A DNA stretch of 64,000 bases from positions 11,906 through 75,905 of the forward strand of contig CAJQLX010000020.1 of NCBI GenBank assembly GCA_905479265.1, read 5' to 3'. The translations under genes were made by a program, and so were the position numbers. Below are positions 17,937 to 27,251 of the stretch, piece after piece. The stretch's first letter is position 1, and the number at the start of each line of letters is the position of its first letter. Origin of the DNA: an uncultured Alphaproteobacteria bacterium (GTDB taxonomy: Bacteria; Pseudomonadota; Alphaproteobacteria; UBA7985). Below the pieces are notes generated by a model that saw only the letters and a list, made by a program, of their open reading frames with translations, did no database searches and had not been told where the DNA came from.

Positions 17937-18494
17937 ATGCTTGTGACAGCGATAGGCGACACCAGACAGGGGGCGGAAGGACCAGCGAGCGAATTGCTCC
18001 GCCGTTCATCCGCTGCTGCGGGTCCGGGTGAGCTGACGGCATCGCGGTTTGTCGAATTTACCTTGAGCGATGATGCCGTGATCCATCTCTCTGGCCCAGA
18101 AGATCTGGAAATGGTGGCGCAGCTCTCTGGCTTGCTGGACCGAGACCGCAGCTTGGGCGCAGGCAGCTTGGACGAGATGCGGCTGTATATTCTGTTTCGC
18201 GCGCCCAACGGCCCGCGGCCCGGGATTGCGCTGGTGTCGGCCCGCACGGATTTGGAAGCGCTGATCCGGCGTGAGTTTGCCCCGCGTGTCACGCGCGCCG
18301 AGATTCAGCTGATCTTGCAAACCCTTGCGGGTCAAAGCCTTCAAGTCAGTGCCGTGCGGGATCGGGTCAGTATCGAGACCAAAAAGAGTCAGTCGAAATC
18401 GCTATTGAGTAAGCTGGGTTTTCCGGATTTGGGTCATTTGCGCGCCATCCTACTTGCGCGCTTAGTCATGCGACTGCGAGACGACACGGCGTAG
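17937..18494 (+). CDS. LuxR/GerE-family helix-turn-helix transcriptional regulator
   Basis: C-terminal LTRAEIQLILQTLAGQSLQVSAVRDRVSIETKKSQSKSLLSKLG fits the LuxR HTH pattern (L[TS].RE.E[VI]L..[LV]A.G.S…A..L.[IL]S..T[VI]..H…[IL]..KLG). The true start may be an internal Met. Preceded by a 350-bp AT-rich region. Confidence 0.6.
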   Translation: MLVTAIGDTRQGAEGPASELLRRSSAAAGPGELTASRFVEFTLSDDAVIHLSGPEDLEMVAQLSGLLDRDRSLGAGSLDEMRLYILFRAPNGPRPGIALVSARTDLEALIRREFAPRVTRAEIQLILQTLAGQSLQVSAVRDRVSIETKKSQSKSLLSKLGFPDLGHLRAILLARLVMRLRDDTA

Positions 18495-18718
18495 CGCGAC
18501 AGCGCACGGTGGCGCTCTAGATCAAACGCACGCGGCTGTCGGCCAAAGGCGTCTTTGACTTGGAGAATATCTAAGTCTTCTGCGCCAAGGGCACGGGTGA
18601 AGGTAAAGGCAAAAGGCTCGCGGATGTCGAAGCGCATGGATCCTGCAGGAAGAACCAGCCTCGTTCTTCCATCCCGTCGAGCGCGCGCCCAACCGCCCTT
18701 GCGCGCCTTTGCTGACGC

Positions 18719-19972
18719 TTAGCTGAGGATGGTTTCCGCTGTGAACGACCCGCCAACAGCTTGGACCGGGTCCAGTCCCCACAAGTCCTGAACAATCCCG
18801 GCATAGACAGCGCGGAAATCGGTGGTGTGCACCATGTCGTCTTCGACCAGATCCTCCCGCGCCAAAGAAGGCCGCGCCCCACCAAAGCCGCCAGCGACTT
18901 TTCCGCCAGCGAGCAGGACCGGGGCAGCGGTGCCGTGGTCCGTGCCTTCGGAGCCGTTTTCGTGGAAGCGCCGGCCAAACTCGCTGTAGGTCATGAGCGT
19001 GACGTTGTTCCAGACGCCGATCTCTCGCGCGGCGCGTTCGAACGCGGCCATTGCTGTATCGAGTTCCTGGAGCAAAAACGCGTGTTCTTCGGCTTGATAG
19101 GCGTGGGTATCGAAGCCGCCGTGGGCGACCTTCATCACCGGTGTGGTCACGCCCGCGTCGAGCAACTGCAGCGCCGCGGCGAGTTGGAGGCCAAGCGCGC
19201 TGTCCGGCATGCTGAAGTCCCGGTTGGCGGCTTGGCGCAGCTTGCGTTCCAGCAGGTCGGCGGTGCCAACGGCGTTGGAGTGAACACTCAGCAAGTGGTC
19301 GAGGGCCGCGTTTCCGCCGCTGGGTCGTACGGAGTGGCCGCCGTCCATCATCATGGTGGCGGCGCCCATGGTGCCATCATCGTAGCCGCCCAGAACTCCA
19401 GCGGTGCGCAGGGCTTCGGCTTGGTCGAAAAATTCTTCGATTTCCTCCAGCCCGGTGAAGCGCCCCGGTCCGCGCAACGGCCCCATCTCTCCGCCCAAAC
19501 CAATACCGTCGGCATCGAGGCCGAGGGTGCTTTGGTTCATCAGCCGAGAAACCCAGCCTTGGGTTTCCTTGGTGTCTGCGCCAAGGCCAGCGTTCCAGAT
19601 TTCGATGGAGCGGAAGTGGCTGCGGTTGGGGTTGGGATAACCGACGCCCTCGATCAAGCGGACTTGGCCGCGTTCCCACCCTTTGGCGAGCCCGGACAAG
19701 CTGGGGTGCAGCCCCATATCACCGCCCAGCTGCAGCACGTCTCGCCCCGACAGCGCAAGGGTTGGGCGGACGCGTTGGTAGTTGTCGTCGGCGTAGGGAA
19801 TGAGGGTGTTCAGACCATCGTTGCCGCCTTCCAGTTCAATCAGAATGAGCGTGTGGTCCTTGCCCAACCCAGCCCCGGCTGCCCAAGCAGGCGCGGTGGT
19901 CAGCGGCAAAGAGAGCGCGGATGCGCCCATCAAGCGAAGCCAGTTGCGGCGGTTCATCGAAAGCGTTGTCAT
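18719..19972 (-). CDS. DUF1501 domain-containing protein (sulfatase/alkaline-phosphatase-like), Tat-secreted
   Basis: Twin-arginine signal MNRRNWLRLMGASALSLP…AWA. 417 aa. The DUF1501 family is typically paired with DUF1800. Confidence 0.75.
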   Translation of the reverse strand: MTTLSMNRRNWLRLMGASALSLPLTTAPAWAAGAGLGKDHTLILIELEGGNDGLNTLIPYADDNYQRVRPTLALSGRDVLQLGGDMGLHPSLSGLAKGWERGQVRLIEGVGYPNPNRSHFRSIEIWNAGLGADTKETQGWVSRLMNQSTLGLDADGIGLGGEMGPLRGPGRFTGLEEIEEFFDQAEALRTAGVLGGYDDGTMGAATMMMDGGHSVRPSGGNAALDHLLSVHSNAVGTADLLERKLRQAANRDFSMPDSALGLQLAAALQLLDAGVTTPVMKVAHGGFDTHAYQAEEHAFLLQELDTAMAAFERAAREIGVWNNVTLMTYSEFGRRFHENGSEGTDHGTAAPVLLAGGKVAGGFGGARPSLAREDLVEDDMVHTTDFRAVYAGIVQDLWGLDPVQAVGGSFTAETILS

Positions 19973-20027
19973 GGTTCGGTTCCTTTCACGGATCAGCGTG
20001 CGGTGAAGTGCGGGGTGTGGTGGCGGG

Positions 20028-22217
20028 CTATTTGAGCTGAAAGCGCGGGTCGAGGACGAGCGAGATCAGCAAGTCGTCAAGCCCCTCAACCGCGCGATCG
20101 TTGGTCGCCAGCGCCGGATTGCGCACGGGCAGAAGCATGCTTTCCAGTCCCGCCGAGGTCTGCATCGGTGCGGGCAAAGCCGCCAGCCACTGGTCAGGGT
20201 CGGCAAAGGTTTCCGTCAGGCGCGACTGATAGAGCGCGGCGCGCTGCTCAAAGATTGTGTCGTAGAGGGTGCCAAACAGCGCATCGATGGCTTCGTCATC
20301 ATCGCTGCGCGGGGCAACCGCTGCGCCGATGGCCATTTCGACGATCTGTGGCGGCAGGCCCGCTGCGCCCTTGTGGCTGATGCCGCGCTCGACATCGGGC
20401 AGCTTTGGCATGGTGCGCGACAGCATGCCTGAATGATTAAAGGCATTGGCGATCCGTTTGCTGGTCTTTTTCAACGCGTCAAAGGTCGGCATGTCCAAGC
20501 CTTCTTCTGCTGCTTCAGCTGCGATATAGGACCACACTTGGTCGTCCTTGGTGTCGTCGATCAGGGTCGGGACGGCCTTGATGAGGGCGGCGATCAAGTC
20601 GCGTTCGTCCGCGCTCAACCGGCCAACACCGGGGCTGGATTCCCAAGGGTTCAGCCAGAACTCACGGACAGAATTGCCGTCTTCATCCGTTTCCGGTGCG
20701 ACGCGCTCGATCAGCCGAGACAGCGGGCATTCGGTGCCGCAGCCTTCTTGCTCAATGCCAAAGTAAACGTCACGATCCCCGTCGCCTTCGCCGATCCCGA
20801 CAAAGAAAGCGAGGCTGTGGTAGGTCTGGCCCTTGAAGCCAACATCATAGAGCGACAGGGCAAGGCCGGTTTCCTTCCAGTCGTCTTCCACGGACTTCCA
20901 CGCCCAATCCAGACCGACAAGGCCAATGCGCAAGCCTTGGCTCTCCGGCTTCATCGCCGCTTGGTTGGCGTCGGGCGCGTCATAGGGCTCGAAGCGGTCG
21001 TAGATCCACGTGTTCATCATCTCTTGCAACGAGGCTGTGCGCTGGGCGAGGCTGGCATCGGTGATCCACGCTGCGCCTTCTTGCCACCCGGCAACATTGG
21101 GCGGCATGAACAGCGTTTGACCGGCGTCCAGTGTCAAATCGTGCAGCTCCATCGCTTCGGTGGGGGTGCTGCCAAAGGTGCGGTTGAAGCCGATGTAAAG
21201 CTCCCACGGGGACTTAACCAGCGTGCCTCGGTTGGCTTGGTCCCAGAAGCCGGGCGTGCTGAGAACGGCTCGGTAGAGCGTCGGCAGATCCCAGTCCGAC
21301 GCCTTCCACTGCGCGGTAATATCGGCAACCTGCGCGGCGTCCGGGGTGTCAGAGATAAAGAAGCGCCACATTTTCTCAACGATATAGGGGCCAAAGCTCG
21401 GCTGGCTGAGGATGAGGTCCGGCAGGTCATTGGCGCTGAAATACGCCGTCGCGCCAAAGATGGTTTTCTGGCCCTTGTCGTGCGCAGAACGTTGGAACAT
21501 GAACTGGCCGGTGGAGTCCTCCAAGCTGTTCCCGGTCAGCGCGCGGGAGACTTCGCGGATGTCTTGCTCCGTATAGCCGCGCCCTTGACCCAGGGTGAAC
21601 AGCTCCAGCAGCTCGCGACCAAGGTTCTCGTTGGGTGCTTCGGCGGTGTTTTCCACGTTGTTCAAATAGACCAGCATCGCCGGATCCCGCAGCTGTGCCG
21701 CCAGCATATCTCGGAACGAGCCACCCATGGTGTCGCGCAGCGTCTGGAACTTCTGCGCGGTCAAGTGCGCGTCTTCATGGTTTTCGAACGACGTGACGAA
21801 GTGGTCCATCCAGAACATGGTCATTTGCTCTTTGAACGGGCTTTCTGTGTTCGTCGCCTCGACCATCCACCATGTGCTCAGATCCACGAGGTTGATGTAC
21901 TGCGCGCCCACGGCCAGCTCGCCCAAGGTGTCGTTCTTGCCAAAGAGGAACTCAATCGGTGCGCGCCATTGCTGGGTGAACCCTGGCGCAGGCTGGGTAT
22001 CCAGCGCATTGATGTCGTCGAGGATGCTCTCGATCAAGGCGGCACGGGTTTGTCCGGTGAAGGTGCGCAGGTCGCTAGGCGACGCGGCGAAGCTGGTGCG
22101 GGTCAGCGCGTGGCGCACGTCTTCGGGGCTTAGCGCGTCAGCATGTGCGCGCACCGTGGGGGCAAGGGCGCAGAGGGCAGCGCTGGCTGCGAGCAAGGCA
22201 CGGTTCAGGGTTTTCAT
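20028..22217 (-). CDS. DUF1800 domain-containing protein, Sec-secreted
   Basis: 729 aa. N-terminal signal peptide MKTLNRALLAASAALCALAPTVRAHA. Length and conserved segments are characteristic of DUF1800 proteins that precede DUF1501 partners. 55-bp gap to DUF1501. Confidence 0.75.
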   Translation of the reverse strand: MKTLNRALLAASAALCALAPTVRAHADALSPEDVRHALTRTSFAASPSDLRTFTGQTRAALIESILDDINALDTQPAPGFTQQWRAPIEFLFGKNDTLGELAVGAQYINLVDLSTWWMVEATNTESPFKEQMTMFWMDHFVTSFENHEDAHLTAQKFQTLRDTMGGSFRDMLAAQLRDPAMLVYLNNVENTAEAPNENLGRELLELFTLGQGRGYTEQDIREVSRALTGNSLEDSTGQFMFQRSAHDKGQKTIFGATAYFSANDLPDLILSQPSFGPYIVEKMWRFFISDTPDAAQVADITAQWKASDWDLPTLYRAVLSTPGFWDQANRGTLVKSPWELYIGFNRTFGSTPTEAMELHDLTLDAGQTLFMPPNVAGWQEGAAWITDASLAQRTASLQEMMNTWIYDRFEPYDAPDANQAAMKPESQGLRIGLVGLDWAWKSVEDDWKETGLALSLYDVGFKGQTYHSLAFFVGIGEGDGDRDVYFGIEQEGCGTECPLSRLIERVAPETDEDGNSVREFWLNPWESSPGVGRLSADERDLIAALIKAVPTLIDDTKDDQVWSYIAAEAAEEGLDMPTFDALKKTSKRIANAFNHSGMLSRTMPKLPDVERGISHKGAAGLPPQIVEMAIGAAVAPRSDDDEAIDALFGTLYDTIFEQRAALYQSRLTETFADPDQWLAALPAPMQTSAGLESMLLPVRNPALATNDRAVEGLDDLLISLVLDPRFQLK

Positions 22218-22327
22218 CGGATGTTTCCTTTCGATGAGCTCAAGGTCGTGTGGGGTCTTGTGCGGTGGGTTGATCCGGACCGGCGCGGCCCGTCTTCAGG
22301 GTTTGCTTCGGGGTCAGTTATCCGGCG

Positions 22328-22768
22328 TCAAAGGAACCAGAGGGCAAATTCTTCAGTCTCCAGCAAGAAATCGAGCAGGGCTTCGCGCTTCTCAAACGGC
22401 AGCGTGTCGAGATATTCCACGAACTCCACGAACAGCGCTCTGGACATTTCGGTGCGCGTGTCTTCCACGCGGTTGAAGTTTTCCAGCACGGCGTCAAGGT
22501 CCAGCTCCTCCCGCCATAGCGCTTGCAGCATCTCGTCGGCTTGCTCGTCAATCAGCCCGCCCAGACCTTCGATTTGGCTGTATCGATTTTCGAGCAGGGC
22601 ATCGAGCGCCGCCCAATCGTCGTCGTTCCAGCCTGAGTTGGCCTCCAACGCTTGCCACGGTTCGCCGCCGCGCTGGTTGTTCCAGTAAACGATGCCGACC
22701 GCGCTGATCACGCCGATGTTGAGGAACAGCGAGCCGAGCGCAATCCAGAGGATCAAACGGTTCTGCAT
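22328..22768 (-). CDS. Membrane-anchored acidic periplasmic protein (hypothetical), third gene of the ECF operon
   Basis: 146 aa. N-terminal TM helix (LILWIALGSLFLNIGVISAVGIVYW) followed by a highly acidic helical domain. 3-bp gap to the anti-sigma-like gene. Confidence 0.5.
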   Translation of the reverse strand: MQNRLILWIALGSLFLNIGVISAVGIVYWNNQRGGEPWQALEANSGWNDDDWAALDALLENRYSQIEGLGGLIDEQADEMLQALWREELDLDAVLENFNRVEDTRTEMSRALFVEFVEYLDTLPFEKREALLDFLLETEEFALWFL

Positions 22769-22771
22769 GGT

Positions 22772-23140
22772 CTATTTCCTTTTCCGCCCAGCATCGAAGC
22801 TGAGGCTTAGGCTATCGCCGATGGGGCGAACTTCGATTTGGTGCGGGCCTTTGTTTGAGGAGCCGCCGACCAAGCCGCTTGCCAACTGCGCCCCGGCCGT
22901 CGCGCCAACGCCAAAGCACGCCATCATGCCAAAGATCAGCGCGGCGAGCGTCGCTCGGCCTTTGCGCTGGGCTGGGGCGGTTGCGGCGGCAACCTCTGCC
23001 GCATCGACAATCAGCAGCGCCAGATCAGGGTCGTCCAGCATCGCCCGGTCCAGCGCACGTTGCTCCGGCGCGCTCAGCTTGATCCCCGCAGCGCGCTGTG
23101 CGGCGAGGGCGAGGATGTCATCAGGGTCAAAGGGGCTCAT
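22772..23140 (-). CDS. Putative anti-sigma factor (single-pass membrane protein)
   Basis: Start MSPFDPDDILALAAQRAAG… overlaps the sigma-factor stop (ATGA), the classic sigma/anti-sigma coupling. It has a helical N-domain, one TM segment (ATLAALIFGMMACFGVGATAGAQLA) and a short periplasmic tail. The longer 182-aa ORF is probably an over-call. Confidence 0.5.
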   Translation of the reverse strand: MSPFDPDDILALAAQRAAGIKLSAPEQRALDRAMLDDPDLALLIVDAAEVAAATAPAQRKGRATLAALIFGMMACFGVGATAGAQLASGLVGGSSNKGPHQIEVRPIGDSLSLSFDAGRKRK

Positions 23141-23141
23141 A

Positions 23142-23750
23142 TCAGGCAGCCTTGTTCGCAGCAGGGGCAGGACCGTCCGCGCCCGGCACATCAAATGTGC
23201 CATCGGGCCGGATCCCGGCGTCCCGCAGTTTCTTGAGCGCGCGGGCCTTGAGCACCCGCACGGTGTTATCGGAAATGGACAGCGCCCGGCCAATGTCGGG
23301 ACCGTCGAGGTCGCGGTCAAAACTCAGCACCAACACCAGCGTTTCGCGGTCGGTCAGCATGCCTGCGGGGACCACGTCGCGGATCGAGGAGCGGTGCGCT
23401 GGCGCGGTCGTGGGCAGGTCTGGCGCACTGTCGAGATCACCGCTGGGGTGACGGCGTGCGGCGCGCAGTGTGTTGGCTGCCGTTGAACCTGCGACCACGG
23501 CAAGGAAGGCACTGAGCTTTCCGCGCTGGGGGTCAAAGCGGCGCAGCAGGGCGAAGTCCTTCGCCGCCAGCCGCTCCAGCGTGTCGGCGACACTGTCTTG
23601 GAACAGTCCGGCGTCGGGCGTTAGCCCCTGTCGTGTAAAGGTGCGGCGCACAGCGGCCTCCAAAACGGGGCGTGCCATCAGGACAAATCGGCTCCAAGTG
23701 CGATCATCACCCGCATACAAGGCGGTAAAATCGATTTGATCCAAGTCCAT
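23142..23750 (-). CDS. RNA polymerase sigma-70 factor, ECF subfamily
   Basis: Region-4 HTH (LTDRETLVLVLSFDRDLDGPDIGRALSISDNTVRVLKARALKKLR) and a region-2-like N-domain. About 200 aa. Confidence 0.8.
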   Translation of the reverse strand: MDLDQIDFTALYAGDDRTWSRFVLMARPVLEAAVRRTFTRQGLTPDAGLFQDSVADTLERLAAKDFALLRRFDPQRGKLSAFLAVVAGSTAANTLRAARRHPSGDLDSAPDLPTTAPAHRSSIRDVVPAGMLTDRETLVLVLSFDRDLDGPDIGRALSISDNTVRVLKARALKKLRDAGIRPDGTFDVPGADGPAPAANKAA

Positions 23751-23815
23751 TCGGGCACACGGTTGTTCGTTGTTTCAAAAGCCTTACACAGGCAGAGTAC
23801 GCATTCGTTTACGCC

Positions 23816-24688
23816 GTGCGTAACTTTTTTTCCCTCCAGTGGAGTTTGGGAACAGTGGCAGAGCATTCAGAGTACTTCGTCGATCTAAGCCAAGGGCGCG
23901 TTCACTTTCGCTATGCCGGGGCGGACGATGGCCCGCCGCTGGTGCTGGTTCACGGGTTCTCCTATGCCAGTTGGATGTACAACTTCCTCGGGCCGTTGTT
24001 GGTCGAGGCTGGGTTTCGCGTGTTTGCGGTCGATCTCTATGGGCGCGGGTTCTCGGATCGGCCAAGGGTGCGGCACGATCGGGGGCTGTATAACCGGATG
24101 CTGTCTGAGTTTCTCGATGCGGTAGCGCTGGACGAGCCAGTGACAATGGTGGGGAACTCCATGGGTGGGGGCGTGGTGACGGACTTTGCCGCGCATCATC
24201 CGGGGCAGGTGCGGGCGCTGCTGCTGGTGGTTCCGGCGGGGCTGCGGCTGGGACGGCCAATGAGCCTCGGCTGGCTGGGTGTGCCGATCATCGGCGATCT
24301 GATCTGGCGCTGGGTCGGGCCGGGGCTGGCGTCGAGCACGTCCAAGGTTCGCGCGGTGCGGGATATGGTCAACAGCGCGGTCCGCCAACAAGCCAAGATC
24401 CCCGGCTATTACCCGTCTCTGCTCAGCACGCTGCGGAACTACCCGATGGATGGGCTGCAGGAGAGCTTTGAGGCTGTCGGCGTGCAGGGGACGCCGGTGA
24501 CGGCGCTGTTCGGCGCGGATGACGCGCTGATCCCGCTGGAGGCCGCGACCATCCTCCAAGACGCCATCCCTAAGGCTGAGGTCCAAATCATCGACGACCA
24601 AGGCCACGACTTGGCCCTCGACTGCCCAGAGCTGGTCTTGGACGCCCTGCAAGCGCTGATGGCGCGCACGTCAGAAACGGCGGAATAG
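23816..24688 (+). CDS. Alpha/beta-fold hydrolase
   Basis: PPLVLVHGFSYASWMYNF (oxyanion region), nucleophile elbow VGNSMGGGV, C-terminal …DDQGHDLALD (catalytic His). An alternative GTG start around 23853 (VAEHSEYFV) is possible. Confidence 0.8.
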   Translation: MRNFFSLQWSLGTVAEHSEYFVDLSQGRVHFRYAGADDGPPLVLVHGFSYASWMYNFLGPLLVEAGFRVFAVDLYGRGFSDRPRVRHDRGLYNRMLSEFLDAVALDEPVTMVGNSMGGGVVTDFAAHHPGQVRALLLVVPAGLRLGRPMSLGWLGVPIIGDLIWRWVGPGLASSTSKVRAVRDMVNSAVRQQAKIPGYYPSLLSTLRNYPMDGLQESFEAVGVQGTPVTALFGADDALIPLEAATILQDAIPKAEVQIIDDQGHDLALDCPELVLDALQALMARTSETAE

Positions 24689-24776
24689 GCCAGCGATGGC
24701 GACGGTGTCTCGCGGTTCGTGGGCGAGGTGGGTCGCAACAGGGGCTGGCAATGGAATAAGCTGGCGATGGAATAAA

Positions 24777-24853
24777 TGGTCGGGCTGGCGGGGTTCGAAC
24801 CCGCGACCTCTCGTCCCCCAGACGAACGCGCTACCAGGCTGCGCTACAGCCCG
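24777..24853 (-). tRNA. tRNA-Pro (anticodon GGG), CCA encoded
   Basis: Reverse complement reads CGGGCTGTAGCGCAGCCTGGTAGCGCGTTCGTCTGGGGGACGAGAGGTCGCGGGTTCGAACCCCGCCAGCCCGACCA. D-arm GCGCAGCCTGGTAGCGC; anticodon stem TTCGT/ACGAG with loop CTGGGGG; T-arm GGTTCGAACC. Confidence 0.85.
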
Positions 24854-24997
24854 ACCTTTTGGTAAGGCTCTGACCTAGCGATCTGAGTGTCGGATGGCAA
24901 GTGCAATTGAAGATACCTCGTCATCAGACTGGCGGTTAAATCTGTAAACTCGCGCTTTTGATCAAGCCTGATGGGGATATTGCTCGACGATTGTTCC

Positions 24998-25474
24998 CTA
25001 AAACCGCGCTGTCTCGCACTCGCTCCGGCGCCGTGCGGTGTTCAGGCACAGCCAAATCTGGCCTTCGATGGCGTGATGCTCAAACGTCTTTGCTGCGCGT
25101 TCAAAGTGGCCTTCGCACGTCTTTATCTTTGATGGTTGAGCGTTCGTTACGTGGCTGCAGACCAAGATCAAACCGGGCAGATAGTTTTCACCGTTTGGGC
25201 GCTTTTCGGCGGAAGCGTAGTAGAGCGCTTGGCCGATGCCTTCGTGCCATTTGTGCGACCAATCGACTTCGTAGGCGAACACCCGATCATAGCAATCGAT
25301 CCGCGTTCGGTCGTTGGTGACTGTGACCTCTTGGTCCTTATCCTTACACAGCGCTTCGGCATGGTACTTTTCGTCGTGAGCGGAGGCGGTGTGGGGCAGG
25401 AGGGACGCGAGGAGCGCGAGAGCGAGCAACGGCGTTCGCACACACGCCTGCAGCACTTTTTGGATTTTCAGCAT
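24998..25474 (-). CDS. Small Cys-rich secreted protein (hypothetical)
   Basis: Internal start MLKIQKVLQACVRTPLLALALLASLLPHTASA gives a signal peptide. The mature part has 8 Cys and several His. The 192-aa ORF from the upstream Met lacks a signal and is probably over-extended. Confidence 0.45.
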   Translation of the reverse strand: MLKIQKVLQACVRTPLLALALLASLLPHTASAHDEKYHAEALCKDKDQEVTVTNDRTRIDCYDRVFAYEVDWSHKWHEGIGQALYYASAEKRPNGENYLPGLILVCSHVTNAQPSKIKTCEGHFERAAKTFEHHAIEGQIWLCLNTARRRSECETARF

Positions 25475-25779
25475 AAAAACACAGCACTTCATGGGATTTA
25501 AGCCACACACGAGCGCACGGGGCGGCGTGGCGGACACTGGGCACTGCTTATAATCCAAAAAGTAGCGAAAATTCAATTAATAGGGGTACTAATGTAGGCG
25601 GCTTTTGGCGGTCGGGCGCTCGTTGGGTGCCTTGAAAGGCCAGCCAACCGAACACGAATGCACCGCCCCTTCACATCACCGATGGCTATGGCCGCAAATT
25701 TGCGCATCGGATCGGCTGCCAACCCGCCTATATATAAAAGCAGAAATTACCTCGTGTTCAGGCAGACAGGAGCCTTGCT

Positions 25780-27201
25780 ATGGCTGAGAAGCAGTCCTCG
25801 GAATTTGATGTTGTTGTCATCGGCGGCGGGCCGGGTGGCTATGTGGCGGCGATACGGGCGGCGCAGTTGGGTTTGAAGACGGCCTGTATTGAGGGTCGGG
25901 GCAGCCTTGGCGGGACGTGCTTGAACGTTGGTTGCATTCCGTCAAAAGCGCTGCTGCACGCCTCTGAACAGGTCGCGCACGCCCGTCATTCCTTTGCCGA
26001 TTGGGGCATCAAGGTTGGCGCGGTTGAGGTCGATGTCGAGAAGATGATGGACAAGAAGGAAGAGGTTGTTCACGGCCTGACCTCTGGCATCGAACTGCTG
26101 CTTGCCAAGAACAAAGTCACCTACCTGCAAGGCTGGGCGAGTCTGGGCGGGGATGGCCGGGTTGATGTCAAGCTCAGCGAAGGTGGCGACGCGGTCATCA
26201 GCGCGAAAAACATCATTCTTGCCACTGGCTCTGAAGTCACACCACTGCCCGGAATCGAGATCGACGAGGAACGCATTGTGTCCTCGACCGGCGCGTTGGC
26301 GCTGTCGAGCGTGCCGGAGCACTTGGTTGTCGTCGGCGGCGGGGTGATTGGGTTGGAAATGGGTTCTGTCTGGCAGCGCTTGGGCGCGAAAGTGACGGTT
26401 GTGGAGTTCCTCGACCGCATTTGCCCGGGCATGGACAACGAAATCGCCAAAACCTTCCAAAAAACGCTGGAGGGACAGGGCATCGCCTTCAAACTCGGGC
26501 ACAAGGTCACAGCGGCGAAGAATACGGGCAAGGGCGTTGCGCTGGCCGTTGAGCCGTCTTCGGGCGGTGACGGGGAAGAGATGAGCGCAGACGTGGTGCT
26601 GGTCGCCATTGGACGGCGTCCCTTTACCAACGGCTTGGGGCTTGAGGCTGCGGGCGTTGAGACGGACAAGCAAGGCCGCGTCACGGTCGATGGCGGTTTT
26701 CAGACAACGGCCAAGGGCGTTTTTGCCATCGGTGACGTGATCGACGGCCCGATGCTGGCGCACAAGGCGGAGAAAGAGGGCGTGGCTGTTGCTGAACTGA
26801 TTGCTGGAACCAAGAAGGTCAAAGTGGACTACACCACCGTTCCCGGCATCGTGTACACGGCCCCCGAAGTCGCCAACATCGGCTTTAGCGAGCAAGAGCT
26901 GAAAGAGGCTGGCGTGTCGTACAAGGTCGGTAAATTCCCGTTCAAAGCAAACTCCCGCGCGCGCGCGATGGAGGAAACTGACGGCTTGGTTAAGCTGTTG
27001 GCGCACAAGGATAATGGCCGCATTCTGGGCGCGCACATCATCAGCAAGGACGCGGGCACACTGATCCACGAAGTTGCAGCGGTGATGGAGTTTGGCGGGA
27101 CGTATGAGGATCTGATCCACATCATCCACGGCCACCCAACGCTGAATGAAGCGGTCAAAGAGGCTGCTATGGCAATCGACAAGCGGGCCATCCACGTCTA
27201 A
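25780..27201 (+). CDS. lpdA: Dihydrolipoyl dehydrogenase (E3)
   Basis: FAD-binding GGGPGGYVAAIRAAQLG. Redox disulfide GGTCLNVGCIPSKALL. NAD-binding VVVGGGVIGLEMGS. C-terminal interface HAHPTLNE. It stands alone, with no E1 or E2 neighbours. Confidence 0.95.
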   Translation: MAEKQSSEFDVVVIGGGPGGYVAAIRAAQLGLKTACIEGRGSLGGTCLNVGCIPSKALLHASEQVAHARHSFADWGIKVGAVEVDVEKMMDKKEEVVHGLTSGIELLLAKNKVTYLQGWASLGGDGRVDVKLSEGGDAVISAKNIILATGSEVTPLPGIEIDEERIVSSTGALALSSVPEHLVVVGGGVIGLEMGSVWQRLGAKVTVVEFLDRICPGMDNEIAKTFQKTLEGQGIAFKLGHKVTAAKNTGKGVALAVEPSSGGDGEEMSADVVLVAIGRRPFTNGLGLEAAGVETDKQGRVTVDGGFQTTAKGVFAIGDVIDGPMLAHKAEKEGVAVAELIAGTKKVKVDYTTVPGIVYTAPEVANIGFSEQELKEAGVSYKVGKFPFKANSRARAMEETDGLVKLLAHKDNGRILGAHIISKDAGTLIHEVAAVMEFGGTYEDLIHIIHGHPTLNEAVKEAAMAIDKRAIHV

Positions 27202-27251
27202 ACCGCCTGTTCGGAGACGATTGGGAAGCTTTGGGGGACGAGCGTTCGCTT

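Noticed and set aside
20433-22133. 566-aa plus-strand ORF antisense to the DUF1800 gene. Similar long antisense ORFs occur at 18761-20035, 3094-4059, 4844-5719, 6968-8023, 15297-16085, 25942-27195, 29204-30262, 30159-30989, 33267-34748, 37049-38251, 39841-40578, 43465-44379, 44533-45471, 46265-46990, 47432-48529, 48786-49541 and 53846-54892.
   Set aside because: In a ~62% GC genome the strand opposite a real gene is often stop-free. These ORFs have Arg/Gly/Ala-rich, motif-free translations, and each overlaps a gene with clear family signatures on the other strand.
22772-23320. Longer 182-aa version of the anti-sigma ORF starting at 23320.
   Set aside because: It would overlap the last 60 codons of the sigma gene in another frame. 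The internal ATG at 23140 gives the classic ATGA stop/start overlap and a sensible domain structure.
22772-23750. Considered calling the ECF pair RpoE-ChrR, which would fit the nearby singlet-oxygen-type gene string.
   Set aside because: The anti-sigma candidate lacks ChrR's zinc-binding HxxxCxxC motif and C-terminal cupin domain, and is a small single-pass membrane protein instead.
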